Notes: generated by a model not told the origin, from the sequence alone. Shown: positions 28,313 to 40,730, counted from the first letter of the stretch. The stretch: 64,000 bases of DNA from Dictyostelium discoideum (GCA_000004695.1 CM000151.3:6432001-6496000), one strand, 5' to 3'. Numbers and translations are program-made.

Positions 28313-28616
28313 TTTTTTTGGGAGTTAGGTTTGAAATGGGTTAAAATAAAATCTTAAAAATTAAACAATTGTTTTTTACAAATGATTAATTGTTTTTTTT
28401 TTTAAAAAACAATCAATTAATGGTATTTGATTTTGATATTGATTTTAGTCTTAGACTTGAATTATTTTTTTTTTTTTTTTTTTGATTAGTTTTATAAAAA
28501 AAAAAAAACAATTAAATTTTTATTTTATATATTATTAATATGATGTAATGTTGGATGATGTTGTTTTGTAGTAAGTGTGATTAATCAATTTATAAATATT
28601 GTTATTTGTTATATGT

Positions 28617-28671
<55 letters not shown>

Positions 28672-29078
28672 CAAGGATTTAAAATAAAAATCAAATATGA
28701 GAAAAAAAAATAAAAAAAAAAAATAATAAATTTGAGGGGGGTGATTTTACCGTTATTTGAATCGTTGTTGCTATTTTTAATTCGATTGATGATGTTTGAT
28801 TATATATATGTATTGTACACAAGAAAATAAAATAAAAAAAATAATAAAAATAAATTACATTAAAATAATATTGTTTTAAAAAAAAAAAAAAAAAAATTGT
28901 TATTTTTAGTTTTTGATATTATGATTGAGTACACAAAATATTTTTTTTTTTTTTTTTTTTTTTGAAAAACAGATTTAAAACACAAATAATTGATCAATCA
29001 ATCAATAAAATAAATAAAAAAAAAAAAAAAAAAAAATTTTGATATTATAATATTTTTTTTTTTTGTAGACAGAAATAT

Positions 29079-29110
<32 letters not shown>

Positions 29111-29769
29111 TTTATTGAGGCTAAAATCACTCAGTGGAGCAGGATTATTATTTGACTGAATTTAGTTATGATACCATTTTACACAAAAATTAAAAAAAAA
29201 AAAAGAAAAAGAAAAATATAAAAAAAAATAAAAAAAAAAATTAATTTAAAAAATAAATATCTCAAATTGAGATTTTATATATTAAATTTTTGAAAAAACT
29301 AAAAAATAAAAAAAATAAAAATAAAAATAAAAAAAAAAAAAAGAGAAGAAAATTTTTATTTTTTTTTTTTTTTTTTTTTTATTTTTTTTTTTTTTTGAAA
29401 TTATTCAATTTTTTTTTTTATCTTCCTCTAACCCCCCAAATTAAAACTATATCATTTCATTTTTCACAATAAAAAAAAAAAAATTTCTAAAATCAAACAC
29501 TCAGATAGGGGCATCGTAAATTAATACTTACATAAACACATTAAATTTCATAAATTTTTTTTTTTATAAAATTAAAATCACTATATAAAAAAAAAAAAAA
29601 AAAAAAAAAAAAAGGTAAAAAGTGTTTCTATTAATATAATTTATTGTACCTAAATTAGATATTAAAAGAACAACACTCACTCACCCACACCACACATACA
29701 TACATACATACATTCAACACCACCCACTCATATAATATATATATTTAATTACTATTTTAAAAATAAATA

Positions 29770-30291
29770 ATGGGTTCAAGATTGAATCCCTCAAGCAATA
29801 TGTATATCCCAATGGTAAGATAAACTTTATTATTTTTTTTTTTAAAATCATTTACTTACTCGATGTTCATTTTTTTTATTTTTTTAAAATTTTAAAAGAA
29901 TGGACCTAGAGGTGGATATTATGGTATGCCATCAATGGGACAATTACAACATCCACTTTTTAATTATCAATTCCCTCCTGGTGGATTTCAACATTTACAA
30001 CAACAACAACAACAACAACAGCAACAACAACAACAACAACAACAACAGCAACAACAACAAACACAAGTTCAACAATTACATAATCAATTACATCAACAAC
30101 ATAATCAACAAATTCAACAACAAGCACAAGCAACTCAACAACATTTACAAACACAACAATACTTACAATCACAAATTCATCAACAATCACAACAATCACA
30201 ATTAAGTAATAATTTAAATAGTAATAGTAAAGAATCTACAAATATACCGAAAACAAATACACAATATACAAACTTTGATTCTAAAAAGTAA
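29770..30291 (+). CDS. Small Gln-rich protein (145 aa). Two exons: 29770..29814, 29899..30291.
   Basis: ATG at 29770. Donor GTAAGA at 29815; acceptor ttaaaag at 29898; in frame with the 29926..30291 ORF. A CA-rich promoter-like stretch lies at 29690-29740. Confidence 0.5.
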
Positions 30292-30847
30292 TTACCTTTT
30301 TTTTTTTTATAAATATATATTTATTTCTTTTCTTTTTTTTTTTTTTTTTTTTTTCTTCCAAAAATCAATATCACACAAGTTTTTTTTTTTTTAATAATCA
30401 AAAATTATTTTTATTCGGCAATCGAAAATATCTAACCCATGCATATCAAAAAAAAAAAAAAAAAAAAATTAAATCAAAAAAATATCTTTTTTGTAAATTT
30501 CATTTTCCCAATATTAAAATAAAAATTAATAAAATATTTTTTTTTTATTTTTTATTTTTTTTTTTTTAAATAACCACCACTATAGTCTTGATTTAGCTTC
30601 GAGATATTTTTCAGAGTGTTCAACAAAAGATTTTATAGGTAATAAAAAAAAGGTAAATATAAAAATCTCCCATTAAATCCCCCAATACCCGTTTTTTTTT
30701 TTTTACAATATTTTTATTATAAATTAGCACACTATACATTTTAAAAATAAATTTTATTATAATATTCAAAATCATTATAATAATCAAAATAATCAAAATA
30801 AAAATAATAAAAAAATAAAAAAAAATAAAAAAAAACTAATCAATAAA

Positions 30848-30856
30848 TTTTTAAAA

Positions 30857-30923
<67 letters not shown>

Positions 30924-30925
30924 AT
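30848..30925. repeat. (AAAT)n microsatellite immediately upstream of the THOC3-like main exon (intronic).
   Basis: aaataaataaat x19 ending in ...aaatag | exon. Confidence 0.9.
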
Positions 30926-30927
30926 AG

Positions 30928-31760
30928 TCAACATCAGTAGCTTGGAATGCCAATGGCACAAAAATTGCAAGTAGTGGTTCAGATGGTATAGTTAGAGTTT
31001 GGAATTTTGATCCATTAGGAAATAGTAATAATAATAATAATAGCAATAATACTAGTAGTAATAGTAAAAATAATAATATTAAAGAAACAATTGAATTAAA
31101 AGGACATGATGGTAGTATTGAAAAGATTAGTTGGAGTCCAAAAAATAATGATTTATTAGCAAGTGCAGGAACAGATAAAGTTATAAAGATATGGGATGTT
31201 AAAATTGGTAAATGTATTGGTACAGTTTCAACAAATAGTGAGAATATTGATGTACGTTGGTCACCGGATGGTCAATTCATTGTAGCATGTACACGTGATG
31301 ATCATTTAGCATTAATTGATTTACCAACTATTAAAACCTTGAAAATCTATAAATTCAATGGTGAAGAATTGAATCAAGTCGGTTGGGATAACAATGGCGA
31401 TTTAATTCTAATGGCAAATTCAATGGGTAATATCGAAGCTTATAAATTCTTACCGAAATCAACCACACATGTAAAACATTTAAAAACTTTGTATGGTCAT
31501 ACTGCAAGTATCTATTGTATGGAATTCGATCCAACTGGTAAATATTTAGCAGCTGGTTCTGCCGATTCAATCGTTAGTCTTTGGGATATTGAAGATATGA
31601 TGTGTGTTAAAACTTTTATAAAATCAACTTTTCCATGTAGATCGGTTTCTTTTAGTTTTGATGGTCAATTCATTGCTGCTTCTTCTTTTGAATCAACAAT
31701 TGAAATTGTAAGTAAAAATGAAAATGAAAATAAAAAATAATAATTTTCAAAATAAAACTC

Positions 31761-31795
<35 letters not shown>

Positions 31796-31986
31796 TTAAT
31801 ATTTCTTTTTTTTATTTTTTTTTTATTTAGTTCCATATTGAAAGTAGTCAACCAATTCATACAATTGAATGTTCAGGTGTTTCTTCATTAATGTGGCATC
31901 CAACATTACCTTTATTGGCTTATGCTCCTGAAATTAATGAAAATAATAAGGATCCAAGTATCAGAGTATTTGGATATCATTCTTAA
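30928..31986 (+). CDS. THO complex subunit 3 (THOC3/Tex1)-like WD40 protein. Exons 30928..31707 and 31831..31986. The 5' exon(s) carrying the start codon were not identified.
   Basis: Acceptor aaatag at 30927; donor GTAAGT at 31708; acceptor ttatttag at 31830; stop at 31984. The alignment to human THOC3 is close: 'STSVAWNANGTKIASSGSDGIVRVW' ~ 'VHSVAWSCDGRRLASGSFDKTASVF'; 'DKVIKIWDVKIGKCIGTVSTNSENIDVRWSPDGQ' ~ 'DKTIRIWDVRTTKCIATVNTKGENINICWSPDGQ'; 'GSADSIVSLWDIEDMMCVKTF' ~ 'GSADALVSLWDVDELVCVRCF'; C-terminal 'IRVFGYHS' ~ 'VKLFGL'. Confidence 0.8.
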
Positions 31987-32261
31987 TATTGTTTTTTTTT
32001 TTATTTTTTTTTTAAAAAATAAATATATATATAAATAAAGAAAAAAAAAAAAAACAATTAAATGAATAGAAAAAAAAAAAAAAAAGTCTTTTACTTTTTT
32101 ATACATTTATATATATTAATTTGAATTTATTGTTTTTTTTTTTTTTTTTTATCTATTTTAATATGCACCTCCACTCTGATATTTTTTTAGAAAAGAAAGA
32201 ATTAGTAAGATTTTATATATTTATAAAAAAATAATTTGGTTTTTTTAATAAGTTTTTTAAT

Positions 32262-32660
32262 TCATACATTAACTAAATCCATTTCATCAGGTCTCATTTT
32301 TAATCTTTGTGGAATTTGAGAATTATCTGAATATGTTTTATTTTTATTTGATAATGGTGATGATGATGTAGTGGTTGGAGTTGGTACTGAAGTAGTTGAT
32401 TTATTTAATCCTTTATTTTATTTCATTTTATTTTATTTTATTTTATTTTTTTCAAAATTGTGTAGATGTATACAAATTAAATTGAATTAATAATAATTAT
32501 AAAAATAATTAGTATTTTTTTTAATTACTGGAAAATAAATGATGATGATGATCAAAATTATTGATTAATATATACCATGTCTATCTGGGAAACGGATTAA
32601 TGGAACATGTCTTCTTGCTCCTCTTGCAAATAAAGTTTGTGTAAAATTAATTAATTTCAT
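32262..32660 (-). CDS. KGD4/MRPS36-like small mitochondrial protein (77 aa). Two exons: 32660..32576, 32410..32262.
   Basis: ATG at 32660. Donor GTATAT at 32575; acceptor ataaag at 32411; phase 1 is consistent. 'RHVPLIRFPDRHG' matches human MRPS36 'HTPLIRFPDRR'; the C-terminal 'MRPDEMDLV' resembles 'SQEEMEFI'. Confidence 0.6.
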
Positions 32661-33015
32661 TATGAATGAATGTATGAATGAATATATGGATGTAAGTGTT
32701 TTAAAATTTGTCGTTATGCTGTTTTTTTTTGATTAAATGAAAAATAAAAAAATAAAAAAAAAATTGAAAAAAAAATAAATTAAAAAAAAAAAAAAATATA
32801 AAAAAAAAATAAAAAAAATAAAAATTTTCATATGACCCAATAAATTTCTTGTTTTATTTTCCAAAAAAAAAAAAAAAAAATTACTTTTAATTACTTATTT
32901 CATAAATTTATTTTCCTGTATTTAGAATGATTTTTAATTTTAATAAAATTGAAAATGAAATTGAAATAGATATATAAATTTATTATTTTTAATTTTTTTT
33001 TTTTTTTTTTTAATT

Positions 33016-33630
33016 CTATTGTGTTACAACACTATCAGCTCCAGTATTTTCAAATTCTTCATTTGGATTATTTGTTTTTATTTTAGGATTGTTTACCCTA
33101 TTTTTCTTTTTTATTCTTTTACATTTTATTATTATAAATATTACAATTTTAAATATTACATTGTAATTGGATTTGGATAAGGTTTGAGTTGTGGGTGGTT
33201 GATCAGTATGTGATTTAATTTTTGAATTTCCAGGTTTTTCATCATCATCAGAAGTTTTGTTTTTTATTATATAATTCATCATTCCAACTAAATTAAAATA
33301 TTTATCTTCACATAACATTGATGGGTTAACTAATTTTTCATAGGAATATTCTGTACCAATAACTGGGTATCCAAAATAATGATCTATATAATCGAATGGA
33401 TCTGATAATTCTACTGCTGAATCCATTAAGTTAAGTCCTTTTATTTCACCATCAATACTACTGACCCATCTTTAATAGTTTGGTCCAATTGTAAATATTT
33501 TTAAAATTTTTTTGGTTTCATATTGAATTTTATTAAATAATACCAAACGATTACCAATTATTCCTTCTTCACAATTAACAATTGTAAATTCAATAGTTAA
33601 AAATAAAAAAATAATTAAAAAAATTTTCAT
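33016..33630 (-). pseudogene. Signal-peptide type-I membrane protein ORF interrupted by a single in-frame TAA at 33472..33474. Possible pseudogene or sequencing error.
   Basis: ATG at 33630 gives MKIFLIIFLFLTIEFTIVNC...GPNY*, with the stop in the same frame 48 nt upstream of the ATG of the 33016..33426 ORF (MDSAVEL...VIFKIVIFIIIKCKRIKKK, a TM segment plus a basic anchor). Confidence 0.4.
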
Positions 33631-33947
33631 TTATTAATTTATTTATAAAATAAATAATTTTTTTTTTTTTTTTTTTTTTAACTATTAATAAAATTATTTT
33701 AAATTTTAAATTATTTTTTTTGTTTGGTTGAAAGGGTTATAAATGAATTTATATAAATATTTTTATTTTTATTTTTATTTTTTATTATTTTTTTTTTTTT
33801 TCTTTGCTGTTGAAAAAAAATATGAAATATAATTAATTATTTATACCCACCACTTCTTTTCAATTTCTTTTATTTTTTTTTAATTATTAATATATCTATA
33901 TTTTTTTTTAAAATTAATTTTTAATTAATATTCTATTTTTAAAAAAT

Positions 33948-33989
<42 letters not shown>

Positions 33990-36173
33990 ATTTATAACAA
34001 AACATGTATTTTTAAATTTAATATTTACTAAAAAAAAAAAAAAAAAACCAAGTCAAATATCTTCAAATCTCCTAAGTACTCAATCGATTAAATTAAAAAG
34101 TTGATGATATTTGGCTTGGTTGTTTTTTTTTTTTTTTTCATTTTTTTTTTTTTATTTTGTCAAAAATAATAATTAAAACAATAACAACATTAATCGTTGT
34201 AGTATTAATAGTCACAATGAAAACGATACTACAGAGATGTTTTGAATAAAATTTGTTTTGTATATAACACCACATTTGAAAATTGAAAATTGAAATAGTA
34301 GTAATGGGTAATTCAAATAGTCACTATATAAAAGAAGATGAGGGATGAAAGTTTGGACAAATAATCAGATGAAGAAGATAAAGGGTCATGATGAAAGGAT
34401 CGATTTGATGATTAGAAGGATGATAAATATGTTAATTCAAGATTTAAAAAAACAAATTAAACAAGTTGAAACTAAAGTTTATGTAATTAGTTTCAGGGAT
34501 ATCCAAATTTTCCATAACACTTACATACCTTATGTGGTTGCGCTTATGATCGGGTTAAACTTAACAATCACTTCAATAAATCAACCATTCAATTTAACAA
34601 TATTATTCACCATCTTACATCTTTATCATTATGTATTATGTATATTTATTATTTGTTTCACTGTTCCATCACTTGAGGTAAGTTATAAAATCATACAAAC
34701 ACAAATATTTCCCTACAAAGATAATTTGGGATCTTTGATATTAATTTTTTTAATTTAATTTTTTTTATTAATTTATTTATACCATCATTTAGTCAACCTC
34801 AACAACCTAAACAACAACAACAACAACAATAACAATTACTAAAAGTAGATTTTTATGTGGTCCAACTAAACCTGCTCTCACAAACAATTGGTAATTTATT
34901 AAGTACAATTACAACCTCTAGAAATGGTTTATTGTATTGTTCCCAACAAACTATTTGCTAATATAAGTACTGTTTTATTTAGTTTAATAACATCAGCTAT
35001 TCCTATTAATATTATTATTTTATTATGATTTTTATTATGATTTTATTATGATTTTGATAATTCTGAAGTACTTTTCACTTAATATTGAAAGTTTTCTCTT
35101 TTCATCTTTTCTATAACGTTCAGCCAAGAGTGCAGTTTTTTATAGGATAATTCTTGAGTTTCTGTAGTATTAGTAGTAGTTGTATTTTTATATATTAAAT
35201 ACACAGTAGTAGATTCAACATTGATATAAATGAAAAAGCAAGGCATCCATTGGTTAGATAAGCATTCACTGATTTCGAAATTAATAAAAAAAAAAGATAA
35301 ATTTTAGCAAATAATTTTTTATTATAAGGGAGGTCACATTTTCAAAAAATGACAGGAGCCTATGACCCTGTGCGCACTGAAGAAGAGGAAGAAAGTTTAT
35401 AAAAAAAAATTAATTTTTATCACTTAAAAATAATAAAAAATAAAAAGTTTCAACTCAACCCAAACCCACAAACTTTAATGATCAAAATTAAAACCCAATC
35501 ACCATTTGCTACTGTAATGAAAACAATACAAACAATACCCCAAAATATTATACTAAATATACTATCCTTACAAATTAAATGAATTATAAAAAAAAAATAA
35601 AAAAATTTGCAATGGTATAAAAAAAAAAAAAAATAATAAGAAAAAAAATAAAAGATCTATAAATAATGATCAAATTTGTTGGAGTTAATTCCAATTCACT
35701 CATATACATTATTTTATTTTTAATTGGTTAAATTTAGTAACTCGCATGTGCTGGTTTTCTTTTTATTTATTTTTTATTTATTTATTTTTTATTTTTTTTT
35801 CATAAATAATTAAAAAAATTAAAAAATAAATTATTTAAAATTTTATTCATAAATAATTAAATTATCCAATGAAAAACAAATACCAAACCACAGTAATAAT
35901 ATTAATAAAAATTTAAATCTTAAAAGACTCTATTAGTTTTACTTTTTGACCAACCCCTAAATTTTTTTTTTTTTTTTTTTTTTTTTATATTATTTATTTT
36001 TCAATGGAAAATTAAATTCCTTATGTAATAAAATTTGTTGTTGTTGTGGTAAAGTTTGAAATAACAACAACTGACTCTTAATAAAAACAAAAAATAAAAA
36101 TAAGTTGCTTAATTGTTATTATTATTATTTTTAGTTTTATTTAATTTTTTTTTTTTATTATTATTATTATTTT

Positions 36174-36207
<34 letters not shown>

Positions 36208-36554
36208 GAGAATTTGGAAAAATAAATAAAATAAATAATAAAAATAAAGAAATAAAAAAAAAAAAATAATCGAAAGATATAATGCTGTCATTTTTAATTC
36301 AAACCCTCATTTTTTTTAAAATATCGAATTTTAGTTTAATAAATCTATCAGTAAACATTTTATTTTATTTTTTTTAAAATTTTTTTTTTTTTTTAAATTT
36401 TTTTTTTTTTTTTTTTTAATAAAATACTATTATTTATTTATTTATTTTTTTTAAACAAATAATAAAATAAAATAAAATAAAAAAATTAAAAAAAAAACCA
36501 ATAAAAAAAAAGAAAAATTAAAACTAATAAAAAAAAACCACCAAATAAATAAAA

Positions 36555-37229
36555 ATGGATAATAATAATAATAATAATAATCCAAATAATAATAATCCAA
36601 ACAATAATCCAAATAATAATAATGAAATAGTTTTAGATATTAATAATGAAAATAAATATATTTTTGGTTTAAAATTTAATTATCCAAAAAAAGAAAATAA
36701 TGTTATTGTAAAAAGAAAAAGTGATAATAAAGATAAATTTATATGGATATTTTCAAATGAATACCCAATTAATTTAAGAGATTATATTTCAAAAGAAGAT
36801 TTTAAAAATGATATTAAAATAGTAAATGGATTAAATGGCTATTTTATATTTATAATTGGTTTATATTCATTTTGGGTGCTATTTTTTTCAGTTATGTTTA
36901 TGATTGGATTCATTCCAAAAATAAGTCCAGTTCTTTTGGGTTTATTTGGTCCATTTTTATTTTTCTCAATTTTAAGTTTAATTTATCAATTAAAGTTTAA
37001 AAGACATAAAACATTTTTAAATTATTTAGAAGGAAGAATTCGTCATTTAAATCATAAATATAGAGATATTCAAATAGTTTGGAAATTAGAAAAAAAGATT
37101 TTTATAAATTTTCATAGAGAAAAGAAATTAAAAGTTTGGATTGAAATTCAACTTCCAAATTATCCAATAAAGATTGTTCAATCTTGTCCACAATTTTCAA
37201 ATATTCAAATTTCAATACCAAATAATTGA
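36555..37229 (+). CDS. Hypothetical membrane protein (224 aa, single exon) with an N-terminal Asn/Pro-rich segment and two predicted TM helices.
   Basis: Real ATG at 36555. Hydrophobic segments FIFIIGLYSFWVLFFSVMFMIGFI and VLLGLFGPFLFFSILSLIY. No recognisable domain. Confidence 0.45.
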   Translation: MDNNNNNNNPNNNNPNNNPNNNNEIVLDINNENKYIFGLKFNYPKKENNVIVKRKSDNKDKFIWIFSNEYPINLRDYISKEDFKNDIKIVNGLNGYFIFIIGLYSFWVLFFSVMFMIGFIPKISPVLLGLFGPFLFFSILSLIYQLKFKRHKTFLNYLEGRIRHLNHKYRDIQIVWKLEKKIFINFHREKKLKVWIEIQLPNYPIKIVQSCPQFSNIQISIPNN

Positions 37230-37383
37230 AATACTTTAGAAAAATTAAAAAAAAAAAAAAAAAAAAAAAATTGTATAATAATAATAAAAAATAATAATAA
37301 AATGTAAATTAAATCTATTTTTTTTTTTAAAAAAAAAAACTATATTAAATTTTTTTTTTTTATTACTTTTTATTAAAATTTAT

Positions 37384-39238
37384 TTATAATTTTTGAACTT
37401 GAAGGGTACCATTTGGTACAAGACCAGCATCTTGAACTGAAATTGATTTTAATTCATCGTTTGTATAAATTTTTCTTGGATAAGTACTTGAAAGTGTGAA
37501 TTTACCATGTTGAGAAGTATTATTTGAAATAAAAGTATGAACATCAATTAGTTTGGTTGATAATGGGAAAGTACCTTTAATGGTGGTACCATCTGTAAGA
37601 CGAATTTGAATGAGTGATTCTGTATAGTTTTGTTTTGGTACATAAACTGGAACTGGAGTTGGAGTTGTAGTGGTGGTGGTGGTGGTGGTGGCAACATTGT
37701 TATTTAGGGTTGCATTCTTTTTAGCAGCTCTTTCAAGACGATCAGCTTCAACTTTTGCTTTAATTTTTGCTTTTGCAATACGATCTGCTTCTTTTTCTTT
37801 TCTATCTTTTTCTTGTTCTCTCTTTAATTGATCCTCTTGCCATTTGGTGAGAGCTTGTTGAGTTGATTTACCACCTTGACGACGATTAATCTCTCTTTCA
37901 ATCTCTTTTTTAGCCTCTTCTTCGGCTTTCTTTACTCTAATCTCTTGAATTCTTGCTTCTAATCTTTTCTTTTGTTCTGCTTTCTCCTCTGGTGTCATTT
38001 GATAGTTTTCAATATCATTTTCATGTGCCACAAATTCATGTTCTGGATTATGTTTATTTGTATCTTTACAAGTTTGACAAAGATCATAATTTGGGCAAAC
38101 CTTACATTTATATCTATAACCTATGATTTGATTTTGACACATATCACATAATGCATTATGAACAGTTGTTGGATATTCTTTTTGTTCACTTGTAGTTGTT
38201 GTTGTTGTTGTGGTGGTAGTTGTACTACCATCAGTATTTGTAGTAGATGGGGTTGTAGTTGTTGTTGATTCACTTTTAGTGGTAGTAGCACCAGTATCAC
38301 CTTCTAATGGATCATCAATAGTTGGAGAATCCATATTTTCAAAAATCCAATCCATTGCAGATTGAGAACTTGAATTATTTACCATAATCAATGCTTTTCT
38401 ACATCTATTCTCTGGAAAACCCATATCTATTAAATCTTTCATCATAATTGGATCTGGTTGTGTTGCTCTTGCTGGTGGTCTACTCTTTGTTGCTGTTGAT
38501 GATGATGATGATGTAATTGGTGTTGGTACAGTTGGTGATGTTGTAGTATTACCATATTGTTGTTGATATTGTGCTTGTTGTTCTTGTTGTTTTTTTTCTA
38601 AATTATCTAAATAAGCTTGACGACTATTTCCACTGCCACCCCCACCACCACCCAATGCATTACCTTGTGATGCAAATGAAAGTTGTGGTTGTAATCTTTC
38701 AATTGAACTTTTTAATTGATTTTTATCAGCACCACTAAATTCATGAACTTGTTTTCTTTCAATAAAGAATTTAAATGTTGGCATTGCTCTAACACCTTGA
38801 CTTTGTGTTGTTGACTAAATAAAATATAAAAAAATAATAATATAAAATTATTAATATATATATATAAATTTAAAAGTTTATTATAATAATTTAAATTTTT
38901 TTAAAAAAAAAAAAAAAAACTACAAGAAATTTTTTTTTTTTACTTACTTTACACTGATCAACATCAACTTTTAAGAAAATAACATCTTTATATTCTGATG
39001 ATAATTGTTCGAAATATGGACTAATCATTTTACATGGTCCACACCATGTTGCTGTAAAATCTACAACAACTAATCTTTTACCTGCTGTAACTAATTCTGA
39101 ATCAAGTTGATTATCAACTAAAACTATTGATTATTAAAAAAAAAAAAAAAAATTTCATATTAAAACCCAATCATCAAATTTTTTAATTTACTAAATTAAT
39201 ATTATTATAAAAATATACTCACCTTTTACTCTTGACAT
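37384..39238 (-). CDS. Thioredoxin-UBA-ZZ finger-UBX domain protein (about 540 aa). Three exons: 39238..39223, 39123..38948, 38814..37384.
   Basis: ATG at 39238. Donors GTGAGT (39222) and GTAAGT (38947); acceptors caatag (39124) and atttag (38815); phases are consistent. Thioredoxin fold '[18 protein letters not shown]...[12 protein letters not shown]...AMPTFKFF'. UBA-like '[39 protein letters not shown]'. ZZ finger '[28 protein letters not shown]'. Coiled-coil K/E-rich segment. UBX-like C-terminus '[28 protein letters not shown]...YPRKIYT'. Confidence 0.75.
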
Positions 39239-39427
39239 TATGAAAAATAATATATAAATGTATATGTATAAAAATGAATTAAAATCAAATTAAAAAAAAA
39301 AAAAAGTGTGGGTTGTAAAAAAAAAAAAAAAATTTTAAATTAAAAAATAAAAATTTAAAAAAAAATAAAAATAAAAATAAAAATAAAAATTAAAGAAAAA
39401 AAAAATTAAATAATTCAATGCGATGTT

Positions 39428-39461
<34 letters not shown>

Positions 39462-39733
39462 CAAATAAGATTATTTTTTTTTTTTTTATTTTTTTTTTTT
39501 TTTATTTTTTTTTTAAAAAAATAAGTTAATCTAATTCTAACAATTAAAAAGAATTAGATAAAAAGTCGATTGTTTGATAAAAAAAAAAAAAAAATAATAA
39601 AAAAAAAATAATAAAAAAAATAAATAATATTTTAAATCTAACTTTAATATTATTTTTTTTTATTTATAAAGTAGTTTTTTTCCAAATAAAAATGGTTTAC
39701 ATTCAATTTTTATCTAGATAATAATAATAATAA

Positions 39734-39912
39734 AATATGAATCAATACCAATCAAATGATAGAGAAAGGAAAGATTTATCAATGGACTATATCATAAAGA
39801 AAGGTTGATTATCATCGATGATTAAAATTTTATTTCTAAAGTAATAAAATGAATCAATACTAATCAAATGCCAGAAAAAGGAAAGATTTATCTATGCACT
39901 ATGGCATTTTGA
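39734..39912. repeat. Two tandem copies, about 110 bp each, of a non-AT-rich unit in the upstream region of the thioredoxin-UBX gene.
   Basis: atgaatcaataccaatcaaatgatagagaaaggaaagatttatcaatggactat / atgaatcaatactaatcaaatgccagaaaaaggaaagatttatctatgcactat. Confidence 0.6.
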
Positions 39913-40191
39913 AAAGAAGATGATATCATTTTTACAATAAAAAAAATTATAAAACAAAAATTAAAAATAAAATAAAATAAAAAAAAGGTTTAATAAAATA
40001 AATATATATATTTAGATTTTTTTTTTCTTTATTTAAATTAATATAAAAAAAAACTATTTCCTTTTATTCTATTATTAATAAAAAATTCATAATAAAATTA
40101 AAATTGATAAACAAGTCACTATCATTCTTTATAAAATAAAAAAAAAAAAAAAAAAAAAAAATAGATCATGGTGAAAATATTATTTAAATTA

Positions 40192-40730
40192 AATTGGACC
40201 TATCAGTGGATAATTGAATTAATTATAATTAACTCAGCATATTTTAAAAAAGATCGAGTTATCCCGGAATAAATTCAGTTATTTCGAAAAAAGTTTATTT
40301 TTTTTTGAAAAATTTTTATTAAAACACATTATTTAATAAAAAATTTTTAAATAATATTAAAAAATATTTGTTAAGACCTATCGTAGAATTAAATTTGGTA
40401 GTATTTATAGAGAAATAAAGAAAATATAAAAAAAAAATGAAAATGGAAAAAAAAAAAAGGAACTTCCAAAAAAAAAAAAACTACATATAAAAAATAAATC
40501 CTTTATTTGAGCCCCGGTATTTTTGATTTTTTTTTGTCTATCATACTATTTTTTTATTTATTTATTTATTATATTTTTTATTTTAATTGTTAATAAATGA
40601 AAAAAATTAAAAAAAAAAAATAATATGGCCAATGAAAAATTTTTCGCGAAAAGATTTATTAACTCGATCTTTTTCAAAATAGCTTTTTTTGTTCAGAATT
40701 AATTCAATTATTCACAGAAAGGTCCAGTTT
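40192..40730. mobile_element. MITE-like non-autonomous DNA element, about 540 bp, with roughly 55-bp imperfect terminal inverted repeats.
   Basis: Left end 'ttggacctatcagtggataattgaattaatt...aaaaaagatcgagtta'. The right end, reverse-complemented, reads 'ctggacctttctgtgaataattgaattaatt...gaaaaagatcgagtta'. The interior is AT-rich with no ORF. It sits about 280 bp upstream of a tRNA gene. Confidence 0.55.

Noticed and set aside
29770-30291. Q-rich ORF as the missing first exon of the THOC3-like gene (C-terminal '..FDSKK' resembles human '..AHSAK' preceding the WD40 body).
   Set aside because: The ORF ends in TAA. The only donor (GTAATT at 30288) leaves phase 2, whereas the THOC3 exon starts in phase 0 with a TAG immediately upstream. 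The two cannot be joined in frame.
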